A stretch of 61,844 bases of DNA from NCBI GenBank assembly GCA_044375625.1, contig JBILMH010000004.1, forward strand, positions 1 to 61,844. The letters are read 5' to 3'. The DNA comes from Alphaproteobacteria bacterium (GTDB lineage Bacteria; Pseudomonadota; Alphaproteobacteria; CAISOG01). Shown here in pieces: positions 17,775 through 25,478 of the stretch. Position 1 is the first letter of the stretch; each line of letters starts with the position of its first letter. Both the position numbers and the translations under genes were made by a program. A model generated the notes under the pieces. That model was not told the origin of the DNA and made no database searches. It worked only from the letters and a program-made list of their open reading frames with translations.

Positions 17775-17822
17775 TCATCACCCGCTAACATCGGCTAGGA
17801 TAGCCCTTCATCTGCCAGATTC

Positions 17823-17898
17823 GCCCGCATAGCTCAGCTGGTAGAGCAACCGCCTTGTAAGCGGTAGGTCGTCAGTTCGATTCTGGCTGCGGGCACCA
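17823..17898 (+). tRNA. tRNA-Thr (anticodon UGU), CCA encoded
   Basis: GCCCGCA TA GCTC AGCTGGTA GAGC A ACCGC CTTGTAA GCGGT AGGTC GTCAG TTCGATT CTGGC TGCGGGC A CCA. Confidence 0.92.
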
Positions 17899-18052
17899 GT
17901 CTTCCACCCTATCCCACCCGTTTGATGGTGGCGTGGCAGCTTTGCAGTTTTTCGAATTTGGATTGAACATTTTCTAAGCAGGGTCGGTGAGAACGCACCC
18001 ATAGCCAACAAATGAATTGAAAACCGTTACGTCATACTTTATACTTTATTTT

Positions 18053-19033
18053 ATGAATTACGACAAGCTTACACAAAAGAAACAGCAGCTGGATGGCTTC
18101 AGGCCATTGCCCCCCGAACTCGCCCGCAATCTGGACGATTGGTTCAAGGTTGAGCTTACCTACACCAGCAACGCTATTGAGGGGAACACCCTGACCCGCC
18201 GTGAAACAGCGGTGGTGATTGAAAAAGGGTTGACCGTTGGGGGCAAAAGTCTCAGGGAGCATTTGGAGGCCACCAACCACGCGCATGCGCTGGATTTTGT
18301 GCGATCCCTTATCGAAAAGAAACCGTCACAATTGACGGCCAAGGATGTGCTGGGAATTCACAACCTTATCTTAAAGGGGTTGGATAACGAAAACGCTGGT
18401 CATTATCGCAGCGTGCCGGTTCGCATTTCGGGGGCAGCGGTGGTTTTGCCCAACCCGCGCAAAGTGCCAGACCTGATGGACGATTTTTTGCGCTGGCTTA
18501 CAGCCGAACACGATTTGCATCCCGTCGCCTTTGCGGGGGAAGCGCATTACCGTCTGGTAAGCATTCACCCATTTGTGGACGGCAACGGACGCACGGCGCG
18601 ATTGCTGATGAACCTGCTGCTCATGATGGTTGGCTATCCGCCCGCCATTATCCGCAAGCGTGACCGACTGGCTTATATCGCTTCACTTGAAAAGGCGCAG
18701 CTTGGTGGATCGAAAGAACCTTATGAGAAAATCATCGCCAAGGCGACGGAACGATCGCTTGATATTTACCTTACAGCGGCGCGTGGAGAGTCTGCCGCAG
18801 GGGACGATGGGGATAGCGACGACTTGCTGAAAATCGGCGAACTGGCAAAAGCCGCAGGGGAAACCGTGCCGACCATCCGCTACTGGACAAAAGAAGGGTT
18901 GCTGGAGGTGGCGGAGGTCACCGGGTCAGGCTATCAGCTTTACGCCGCCGACATGGTGAACCGTTGCCAGCAAATTAAAAAGCTGAAGGGCGATCGATTC
19001 ACCCTTCAAGAAATTAAGCAGCGGCTTTCGTAA
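18053..19033 (+). CDS. Fic family protein with N-terminal inhibitory motif and C-terminal MerR-type HTH
   Basis: Fic motif HPFVDGNGRTARLLMN. Upstream SNAIEG matches (S/T)xxxE(G/N). The C-terminal LLKIGELAKAAGETVPTIRYWTKEGLL is MerR-like. ATG 18053 (MNYDKL) is preferred over the upstream alternative start at 18017. Confidence 0.85.
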   Translation: MNYDKLTQKKQQLDGFRPLPPELARNLDDWFKVELTYTSNAIEGNTLTRRETAVVIEKGLTVGGKSLREHLEATNHAHALDFVRSLIEKKPSQLTAKDVLGIHNLILKGLDNENAGHYRSVPVRISGAAVVLPNPRKVPDLMDDFLRWLTAEHDLHPVAFAGEAHYRLVSIHPFVDGNGRTARLLMNLLLMMVGYPPAIIRKRDRLAYIASLEKAQLGGSKEPYEKIIAKATERSLDIYLTAARGESAAGDDGDSDDLLKIGELAKAAGETVPTIRYWTKEGLLEVAEVTGSGYQLYAADMVNRCQQIKKLKGDRFTLQEIKQRLS

Positions 19034-19089
19034 GAAACTTGGTTTAAGTTGCCGCGAACTTGGATATTGCAACACTTTTATCGAGGCAA

Positions 19090-20334
19090 TCAGCCCCAGA
19101 GGGTTGAGATGGGAACAGCAAAAAGCCTGTCACCAAACGGTACGATGTCATGTCCACTGTAAAGCACCACACCGCCGACAAAATCATCTTTTGCTATTTC
19201 TTGCAGCACGCGCATCCCTTTGAAGTCACCACCATCCACTCGATCTGCGGTCTTGACCTCGATGCCCGCCATCGTGCCATCAGGACGCTCCAGCACAAAA
19301 TCCACCTCTTTGTTGTCACTCGTGCGGAAGTGCAGCAACTTTGCACGCACATTGCTGAATGACAGCAGCTTGGTGAGTTCGGTTGCCACAAAGTTTTCCA
19401 GCACATGGCCATAAAGTTCTGGCTTACGCTCACGCATGTCTTCAAGGCGTAAATCAAGCAGATGGCAGAGCAACAACGTATCCACCAAAAATCCTTTAGG
19501 AGATTTGACAAGGCGTTTGCCGATGTTGCGATACCACGGTTCCACATCAAACTGCAGGAACATGGCTTGCAATATGCCGCGATAGGCTTTGCTGGTGACA
19601 GGATTTAACCCTAAGTCCCGGGCAATCTCGGCATCATTCATCAGCTTGCCAGCACGCGATGCCAGCACGCGCAGCAGGTTGGGCAGCATGGCAATCTTTT
19701 CAATTTCGGAAAGCAAGCGCACATCGCGCTGTAAAATGGTGGTAAGATAACTGTCAAACCATTCGGTGCGCTCCACCACGCCTGCACCAGAAATTTCTGG
19801 AAAGGTTGCGCGTGCAATCACCGCATCCAACGACGCTTTCTTGGCAGAAGACTCAAAATCCATCGCAAACAACCGTTGCAGAAAATCGCCTTTCCCACCC
19901 AAGATTTCTGAAGCACTGAATGGGTAGAGCGTTTTGATACTCATACGCCCCACCAACGGGTCAGAGAGTTTAGGCAACGCCATGATGTTGGCAGATCCCG
20001 TAAGCAGGAATCGTCCGTTACTGTGTTTTTTGTCCTTTAACCTGATTTCATCTACCACCAGTTTCAAGGCACGAAATATCTCTGGCACGATTTGCACTTC
20101 GTCGATTATCATCGCGCCTTTACGGCTTTTAAGAAAACTCTCAGGCGAACTCGCCGCCGCCGCCATTTGCGTTGCATTATCAAAGCTGACATAGCCAGCC
20201 GGAAAGTCTTTTTTGTTTAAGTGCTGCACCAGCGTGCTTTTGCCAGCCTGGCGTGGGCCGTTTAAAAAGACCACAGGATGGTTCTTAAGCGCAAACAGCA
20301 GGTTATCTGTTAATTTACGAGGCGTGGTTTTCAT
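19090..20334 (-). CDS. AAA-type ATPase with DUF4143-like C-terminal domain
   Basis: Walker A GPRQAGKSTL and Walker B-like MIIDEVQ. The C-terminal half (VDFVLERPDGTMAGIEVK) resembles the restriction-endonuclease-like DUF4143 region common to this family. Confidence 0.8.
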   Translation of the reverse strand: MKTTPRKLTDNLLFALKNHPVVFLNGPRQAGKSTLVQHLNKKDFPAGYVSFDNATQMAAAASSPESFLKSRKGAMIIDEVQIVPEIFRALKLVVDEIRLKDKKHSNGRFLLTGSANIMALPKLSDPLVGRMSIKTLYPFSASEILGGKGDFLQRLFAMDFESSAKKASLDAVIARATFPEISGAGVVERTEWFDSYLTTILQRDVRLLSEIEKIAMLPNLLRVLASRAGKLMNDAEIARDLGLNPVTSKAYRGILQAMFLQFDVEPWYRNIGKRLVKSPKGFLVDTLLLCHLLDLRLEDMRERKPELYGHVLENFVATELTKLLSFSNVRAKLLHFRTSDNKEVDFVLERPDGTMAGIEVKTADRVDGGDFKGMRVLQEIAKDDFVGGVVLYSGHDIVPFGDRLFAVPISTLWG

Positions 20335-20479
20335 GGCAGCTCCCTATTTGCAATTATAAAGATAGCATTTATAAAAACAAAAGGCAAAGTTTGGTTTTGC
20401 AATATCAGCCTAAGCTGGAACGCGACAATATCGGGGGGCGTTGGGCTATCGGTCAAGGGCTGAATTCATTCGGACGCCT

Positions 20480-20498
20480 TAACATCAGGAGCTGGAGG
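20480..20498 (+). repeat. Exact 19-bp direct repeat, copy 1 (taacatcaggagctggagg)
   Basis: Identical to 21924-21942. Together they bracket the 2-gene AT-rich cassette. Confidence 0.9.
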
Positions 20499-20568
20499 TG
20501 TGCGTTACGCCAGCCTCTTGAAGTTTCTCTCGCAGAAGCCTTGAAGTAGCCAGAAGAAGTTTGATATT

Positions 20569-21246
20569 TCACATCACCACTTTAGCTATATCGCTCAGGC
20601 CACCTAAAATGAGTTTCTTTGGCACTCCTGGTGCGGCGTTAATCTCCAGCGTGTCAGTAAGTGTGTGATTGACATTATTTACGGCAAACGCATCAGCATC
20701 TTTAGCAAAAGCGATCCTATGTTCTTTCTCATCTGAGAAACGTTTGTTTTTGGACATTATAATTTTGTCAGGACAAACGTATCTTACCCCAGGCTCTTCA
20801 TCAAAGTCGTAGTATTCAACATTATCAGATAAAATTTTTCTATTTTTGATATTGTGCGCGGATTTTCTTAAATGTCGTGAAATACGGTTACTAAATTCTT
20901 GTACATCTGATATTTCAATGCAGCCGTCAGCACCAAACTTTTGGAACAAGGTTTTGCTGAGCTCAAGGCTTGTGCAAAAAACAAATACACGGTCTGGTCG
21001 CCTTACTCGTGATATTAGCCCGCGATGGCCTTTAAGTTTTTGGTTATTTGCTGAGATTGTAATTTCTAAACCATTCGACGGCATGTAAACATTAGCATCT
21101 TCAGTAATATCAATTCTTGCCAAATCTTCGCATGATAGAAAATAGGACAGCGTGTTGAAGAAAACTTCTCCATTATGCAAAAATTTTTCCAAATGTGACT
21201 TGTCACAAAAATACTTAAAAACAGAATATTTTCTATGATTCAGCAT
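20569..21246 (-). CDS. Hypothetical protein, DUF2971-like by motif order
   Basis: VFKYFCDKSHLEKFLHNGEVFFNTLSYF, VFVFCTSLELSKTLFQKFGADGCIEI and KNKRFSDEKEHRIAF follow the order of conserved blocks I associate with DUF2971. Its start overlaps the upstream stop (TAATG). Low G+C. Confidence 0.55.
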   Translation of the reverse strand: MLNHRKYSVFKYFCDKSHLEKFLHNGEVFFNTLSYFLSCEDLARIDITEDANVYMPSNGLEITISANNQKLKGHRGLISRVRRPDRVFVFCTSLELSKTLFQKFGADGCIEISDVQEFSNRISRHLRKSAHNIKNRKILSDNVEYYDFDEEPGVRYVCPDKIIMSKNKRFSDEKEHRIAFAKDADAFAVNNVNHTLTDTLEINAAPGVPKKLILGGLSDIAKVVM

Positions 21247-21728
21247 TATTCGCTGCGCTCCTTATCGGCAGCTTCCCAATATATATCTTCTATTGCCCTT
21301 GAGGAAATTAATCCGCAATTCATAAAATCTAGGAAATTGCCACAATCCCTCAAAGTTTGAATGCTGTACCGTGTTGATACGGCAAATGCTTTAGGATCAG
21401 ATGCGGCATGACTAGAGATGGCATTGTCATCGTCATAGAATGATTGAAACTCATTCCACTCATCGGCTGTTTTTAGCGGAAGCTTTCTCAATTTCTTTTT
21501 CTGCTCACCAACTAATTGTTTATGCATCATATATGAGCTTAATAAATGAGCAGGAATGTTTTTAATACGTTCAAGCCAAACTACTAGGGGGAGGCCTATA
21601 GCCAAGGCCAAAAATGCGACAAGAAAATTCGCGTCAGCGGTTTCTGAAATTATCCATGCTAGCAAAGCACTAGTAATTAGTGAGAATACCCACCTTAAAG
21701 TTTTGAATTTTAGCTGTACGAATTCCAT
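21246..21728 (-). CDS. Hypothetical membrane protein (2 N-terminal TM helices plus a soluble C-terminal domain)
   Basis: WVFSLITSALLAWIISE and FLVAFLALAIGLPLVVWL are hydrophobic helices. 21/60 G+C in 21301-21360. First gene of the 2-gene cassette. Confidence 0.6.
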   Translation of the reverse strand: MEFVQLKFKTLRWVFSLITSALLAWIISETADANFLVAFLALAIGLPLVVWLERIKNIPAHLLSSYMMHKQLVGEQKKKLRKLPLKTADEWNEFQSFYDDDNAISSHAASDPKAFAVSTRYSIQTLRDCGNFLDFMNCGLISSRAIEDIYWEAADKERSE

Positions 21729-21923
21729 AATGTTTACCCAATATGTTTTCCTAAAATTTTCTCTGGAGATAGCTGTGCACTTGTTTTCTCACGAGTGCAC
21801 GGCCTCGGTAGAGAGAACGCCATGCAAAAGAATTAAGATACGCACAAAAAGACCAGAATTTCTATGCAGGCTACTCATATTTCAGCAGGATTACAAGAAA
21901 TGATTAACCTGCTGATTACTTTC

Positions 21924-21942
21924 TAACATCAGGAGCTGGAGG
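21924..21942 (+). repeat. Exact 19-bp direct repeat, copy 2, overlapping the last ~6 nt of tRNA-Ser
   Basis: taacatcaggagctggagg. Positions 21937-21942 belong to the tRNA-Ser 3' end. Confidence 0.9.
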
Positions 21943-22028
21943 AGACGGAGGGATTCGAACCCTCGATACGGTATAACCCGTATAACGGTTTAGCAAACCG
22001 TCGCCTTCAGCCGCTCGGCCACGTCTCC
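21937..22028 (-). tRNA. tRNA-Ser (anticodon GCU), long variable arm
   Basis: The reverse complement is GGAGACG TG GCCGAGCGGCTGAAGGCG ACGGT TTGCTAA ACCGT TATACGGGTTATACCGTATC GAGGG TTCGAAT CCCTC CGTCTCC T CCA. Confidence 0.9.
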
Positions 22029-22378
22029 TTACCCCAGCTGTGATGGTGGGGGTGGCGGCATGATGCCCGTACCCCCCGACGGTTGCCCCCTATAGGGGGA
22101 TCGTCTCTGTCACAAGGGGGGTAGTAAACCATGCTTACGCCGTTTTTGAAAGACCCTTTTCACAAGGATATCGGCAAAGGATGATTTTGGGCGGCGATTG
22201 CCCAGGGGAAGGGGTAAATTTTTGCCAAGGCTTAGCGGCGTTGAACCGTCATCCTGGCACGGTTATTGCGAACAAAGCTTAGGGGGCAAGGCCAGCTTAG
22301 CACCCATCCCAACAACCCTTATCCACCCCGCCAAAAACCACCACCGCCCCATCACCCTCTTTTGCACACGGTAAAGTC

Positions 22379-23221
22379 ATGAACATCCCCGGCGCCATCC
22401 CCGACCCCCTGTATCACAATGATTGCCTATTTGGTGGGCAAGAATTGACCCTTAGCGGTCGGGTAATCTTTTGGCCCAGCCAGCGCGCCATCATCCTGGC
22501 CAACCTGTTAAACCCGCCCATGACCCTGCAACCGCATCACCATCTGCACGGGCAACAGGCCATGGATCAACGCCGCCTGGATAGCCATTGGGCGTTGACG
22601 TTGGATCTGTTGCAGGATCGCTTGCTGCGTTTTGCGCCGACCACGGTCTATTGCCTTGAGGATGATATGACGGCAATCGGCGGTATTTTGGCGCAACGCC
22701 TGCAACGGGCGCAACCAACCTTGCGCCGCCTGGTTCAGCCGTATCATTGGGTGTGGCTGAGCAATGACAGCACTGGCCAGCTTAGCCAGCTGTTGGGCGG
22801 GCAACAAGCCACCGAGGCGTGCGTGGGCGGCCTAACCCTGCGCCCGCAAGCCAAACCGGATGAAACCAAGCCAGAAATCAGCGGTCATTATCAACCGACC
22901 GCCTGGATGGGGGCGGGTCATCTGCGCCTGCGTCATCGTTGCTATGTCGAAACCGATTCCCGCCTGATTATGCCCGCCTTTGGTGCCAACAGCCGCGGCG
23001 CCGATGTGTTTGGCCAGGGGTTATCGCCGCTGATTGGGGATCGCTTTGTTGCCCATATGCTGGCAGAGCCGGATATTTACAGCGCGCCCAGCCATATGCT
23101 GCTGCTGCCCCAAAATCTGACCGACGATAACCCCAGCACGCCCAGCAGCTTTGGCCGCCTATCCCCCAACACCATGGCGACACAGGATAACCATGCGCTT
23201 CATGGCGTCGGGTTGGCTTAG
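22379..23221 (+). CDS. PdeM-like (ligase-associated DNA damage response metallophosphoesterase fold) protein with degenerate metal-binding motifs
   Basis: Block order follows PdeM as I recall it. LTLSGRVIFWPSQRAIILANLLN stands in for ..LLVADLHLGK, YCLEDDM for LGDL.H, WLSNDS for GNHD, and ISGHYQPT for GHLHP. IMPAFGANSRGADVF matches LPAFG.FTGG. Confidence 0.45.
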   Translation: MNIPGAIPDPLYHNDCLFGGQELTLSGRVIFWPSQRAIILANLLNPPMTLQPHHHLHGQQAMDQRRLDSHWALTLDLLQDRLLRFAPTTVYCLEDDMTAIGGILAQRLQRAQPTLRRLVQPYHWVWLSNDSTGQLSQLLGGQQATEACVGGLTLRPQAKPDETKPEISGHYQPTAWMGAGHLRLRHRCYVETDSRLIMPAFGANSRGADVFGQGLSPLIGDRFVAHMLAEPDIYSAPSHMLLLPQNLTDDNPSTPSSFGRLSPNTMATQDNHALHGVGLA

Positions 23222-23268
23222 ATTTGGCCTTAAGAATTTGGGGAATTTGGCTTAAGGGGGGGCGCCCG

Positions 23269-23913
23269 CTAATCCGATTCCCTGCGCAGCCGCCTTAGCA
23301 ATGGCGCGCTCCAGCGGGGGGTCATCCGCAACAACACCTCATCACGGCGCCAAAAATGATGCATCAGCGCCGCCCCAACATGCAACGCCAGCAACAGCCA
23401 AAGGGCATTGGCCAATAGCTCATGCAGCTCATAAAACTGCTTGGCCAGCGCCTTCTGCTCCTCCACCCCTCCGCCATCCAATCCAGGCAGGCTTGGCCAG
23501 GGTATAAGCCCGTACAGCAACATCGGCTTGCCGCCCGAAAAGGCTGAGGACATCGCCCAGCCCGATAAAGGCATGGCAATCATCAACAGGTAAAACCCCG
23601 CATGGGTCAGGCGCGCCGCCATTTTTTCCCACAGCTGGCTACCCTGCGGCAAAGGGGGTGGCCGATGCGCCAGCCGCCATCCCAGCCGCAACAAACTAAG
23701 CAGCAAAATGGTAATGCCAATCGATTTGTGCAGCGGGTACAAAATCGCCTTCCAGGCGGGATCCTGCAAATCATCCATAACAATTCCCATCAGCAACATG
23801 CCAACAATCGCCGCCGCCATAACCCAGTGCAGCAGGATGGCAACGCTGTTGTAGCGTGCTGAGGGTTCATCATGGGCAGCGGCATCCAGTTGGATCTTAA
23901 TCAGGTCGGTCAT
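23269..23913 (-). CDS. Cytochrome b561 family protein
   Basis: YNSVAILLHWVMAAAIVGML and four predicted TM helices with conserved His (LHKSIG, THAGFY, HVGAALMHHF), typical of CybB-like proteins. Confidence 0.8.
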   Translation of the reverse strand: MTDLIKIQLDAAAHDEPSARYNSVAILLHWVMAAAIVGMLLMGIVMDDLQDPAWKAILYPLHKSIGITILLLSLLRLGWRLAHRPPPLPQGSQLWEKMAARLTHAGFYLLMIAMPLSGWAMSSAFSGGKPMLLYGLIPWPSLPGLDGGGVEEQKALAKQFYELHELLANALWLLLALHVGAALMHHFWRRDEVLLRMTPRWSAPLLRRLRRESD

Positions 23914-24095
23914 GGCAGGCCTTTTAGGGTACGAACAGGGGGCTCTATCCCCTTTTTAAAAAGGAGAGGAAGATAAAGTGGAAGCGGCATCATTCCAAAC
24001 CCTTTGTAGCCGATGCTAGGACAAAAAGCCACCACCACCTGTGTTGACAAAAATGATGACAATACCCGATGATAATTTTTTTTAAGGAGAGTCTT

Positions 24096-24962
24096 ATGCA
24101 ACCAATCCAGGATCGACCTGCACCATTTTTTAATGGATTTCTAGCTATTGGATTCGTGGTATTCTTGCTTTTAATCTTTTATGTCAGCTTTCCAGTTTAC
24201 AATCAAATTAAACAGAATGCACCTGTTACAATTTTGTTGCTACCAATTATCGTTGCGGTAATAGCAATAATTTCAACAGGTTTTACCATTATTCAACCCA
24301 ACGAATCCAAAGTGTTAACATTTTTTGGAAAATATGTTGGTACGCTTAAGCAAAGTGGATTTCTGTTTACTTTTCCGCTTTCGGATAAGAAAAGCGTGCC
24401 ACTTAAACTTGTTAACTTTGTTACCGATCATCTTAAGGTCAATGATCGAAACGGCAATCCCATTGAAATCGGCGCCGTTGTTGTTTGGCGCGTCATGGAT
24501 GCCGCTCAATCCTCCCTAAATATTGATGATTACAAGACTTTTGTTGCCAATCAAAGCGACATTGCTGTTCGCGCTTTGGCCGCACATTATCCCTATGATT
24601 CCGAGAAAGAAGTTTCCCTAAGGGGTAATCTTGATGAAATAGCCTCAAAACTTAAAGATGTTTTACAAGAAAAATTGGCGATAGCGGGCATTGTTGTTGA
24701 AGAAACCAAGCTTAGCCATCTTGCCTATGCTTCAGAAGTCGCTGCTGCTATGCTCAAACGACAACAGGCTGTGGCAATTTTCGATGCACGTCAATATATG
24801 GTCGAAAATGCTTTGGCGATTATTGATGATGTAATGAAGCATTTTGAAAAAAATAATAATGTTAAATTCTCAGATGATAAAAAAGCAGAACTTATCAACA
24901 GCTTATTGATCGTCATGACATCTGACAAAGAAGCTAATCCAGTTTTGTCAATAGGAAAATAG
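24096..24962 (+). CDS. SPFH/band-7 domain protein
   Basis: N-terminal TM region, then IIQPNESKVLTFFGKYVGTLKQSGFLFTFPL and a C-terminal helical region (AAMLKRQQAVAI). AAGGAGA RBS 5 nt before the ATG at 24096. 20/60 G+C in 24181-24240. Confidence 0.8.
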   Translation: MQPIQDRPAPFFNGFLAIGFVVFLLLIFYVSFPVYNQIKQNAPVTILLLPIIVAVIAIISTGFTIIQPNESKVLTFFGKYVGTLKQSGFLFTFPLSDKKSVPLKLVNFVTDHLKVNDRNGNPIEIGAVVVWRVMDAAQSSLNIDDYKTFVANQSDIAVRALAAHYPYDSEKEVSLRGNLDEIASKLKDVLQEKLAIAGIVVEETKLSHLAYASEVAAAMLKRQQAVAIFDARQYMVENALAIIDDVMKHFEKNNNVKFSDDKKAELINSLLIVMTSDKEANPVLSIGK

Positions 24963-24966
24963 AGAA

Positions 24967-25386
24967 ATGAATGAAATATTAAATGACAGCGCAAAAATTA
25001 CTTTCTTCGTAATGCTATTCATCATATATTCTGAAATAGCCACGGCGATAATATTTTTGATTAAGGCAAAAAACTTTGTTTATAATGCCAAAACTGTAAA
25101 AGCAGAGGTTATTAAAATCACTAAATTTAGAAAAGAATCGCAGGTTCTTATTCAATTTAAAGATCCGCTGGGAAAGCTACATGAGAAAACAATAGGGGTT
25201 CCTATTTGTACGCTTGAAGAAAAAGACATTATAGAAATTCTTCATGACAACAAATCGGATAAGGTTAAATACAAATCATTTCTTTCTTTATGGACAATTC
25301 CTTGCTTGTTTATCTTTTCCGCATTTACAACATCACTGATTTTAATATTTTTAACTTATGCGGGCATTGCAAATTCACCTTTTTAG
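24967..25386 (+). CDS. Small membrane protein, TM / beta-rich domain / TM topology (DUF3592-like)
   Basis: ITFFVMLFIIYSEIATAIIFLI, a ~70-aa soluble segment, then LWTIPCLFIFSAFTTSLILIFLTYAG. It starts 5 nt after the SPFH stop. Confidence 0.55.
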   Translation: MNEILNDSAKITFFVMLFIIYSEIATAIIFLIKAKNFVYNAKTVKAEVIKITKFRKESQVLIQFKDPLGKLHEKTIGVPICTLEEKDIIEILHDNKSDKVKYKSFLSLWTIPCLFIFSAFTTSLILIFLTYAGIANSPF

Positions 25387-25478
25387 CTGCCCTTATCGCA
25401 TCCTTTTACCACAACTGGCCGCCAAATACCACCCGCAGCCTGCAGCCTGAAGACATGTAAGGCTAAAGGGGAAATGCT

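Noticed and set aside
17808-18011. ORF 17808..18011 (-), and the extensions of several ORFs across tRNA genes or repeats (16835..17035 +, and 15266..16234 beyond 16168).
   Set aside because: They overlap tRNA-Thr, the rlmB promoter region or the 41-bp repeat. Better-supported internal starts or no coding signal explain them.
19063-20406. A 10-bp inverted repeat (gatattgcaa / ttgcaatatc) flanks the AAA/DUF4143-like ATPase gene.
   Set aside because: It is too short to distinguish from chance, and there are no further transposon-like features. I keep it only as part of the weak ttgcaa-motif observation in the island finding.
22029-22378. The 350-bp non-coding stretch upstream of tRNA-Ser contains the palindrome ccccctataggggg and G-rich runs, which could be an ncRNA.
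   Set aside because: I could not fold a convincing conserved structure or recognise a known RNA family by eye. It probably holds the promoters for tRNA-Ser and the PdeM-like gene.
23910-24101. A 63-aa ORF on the minus strand in the spacer upstream of the SPFH gene.
   Set aside because: It has no RBS and a hydrophobic/odd composition. It overlaps the SPFH RBS and start, so it is probably non-coding promoter DNA.
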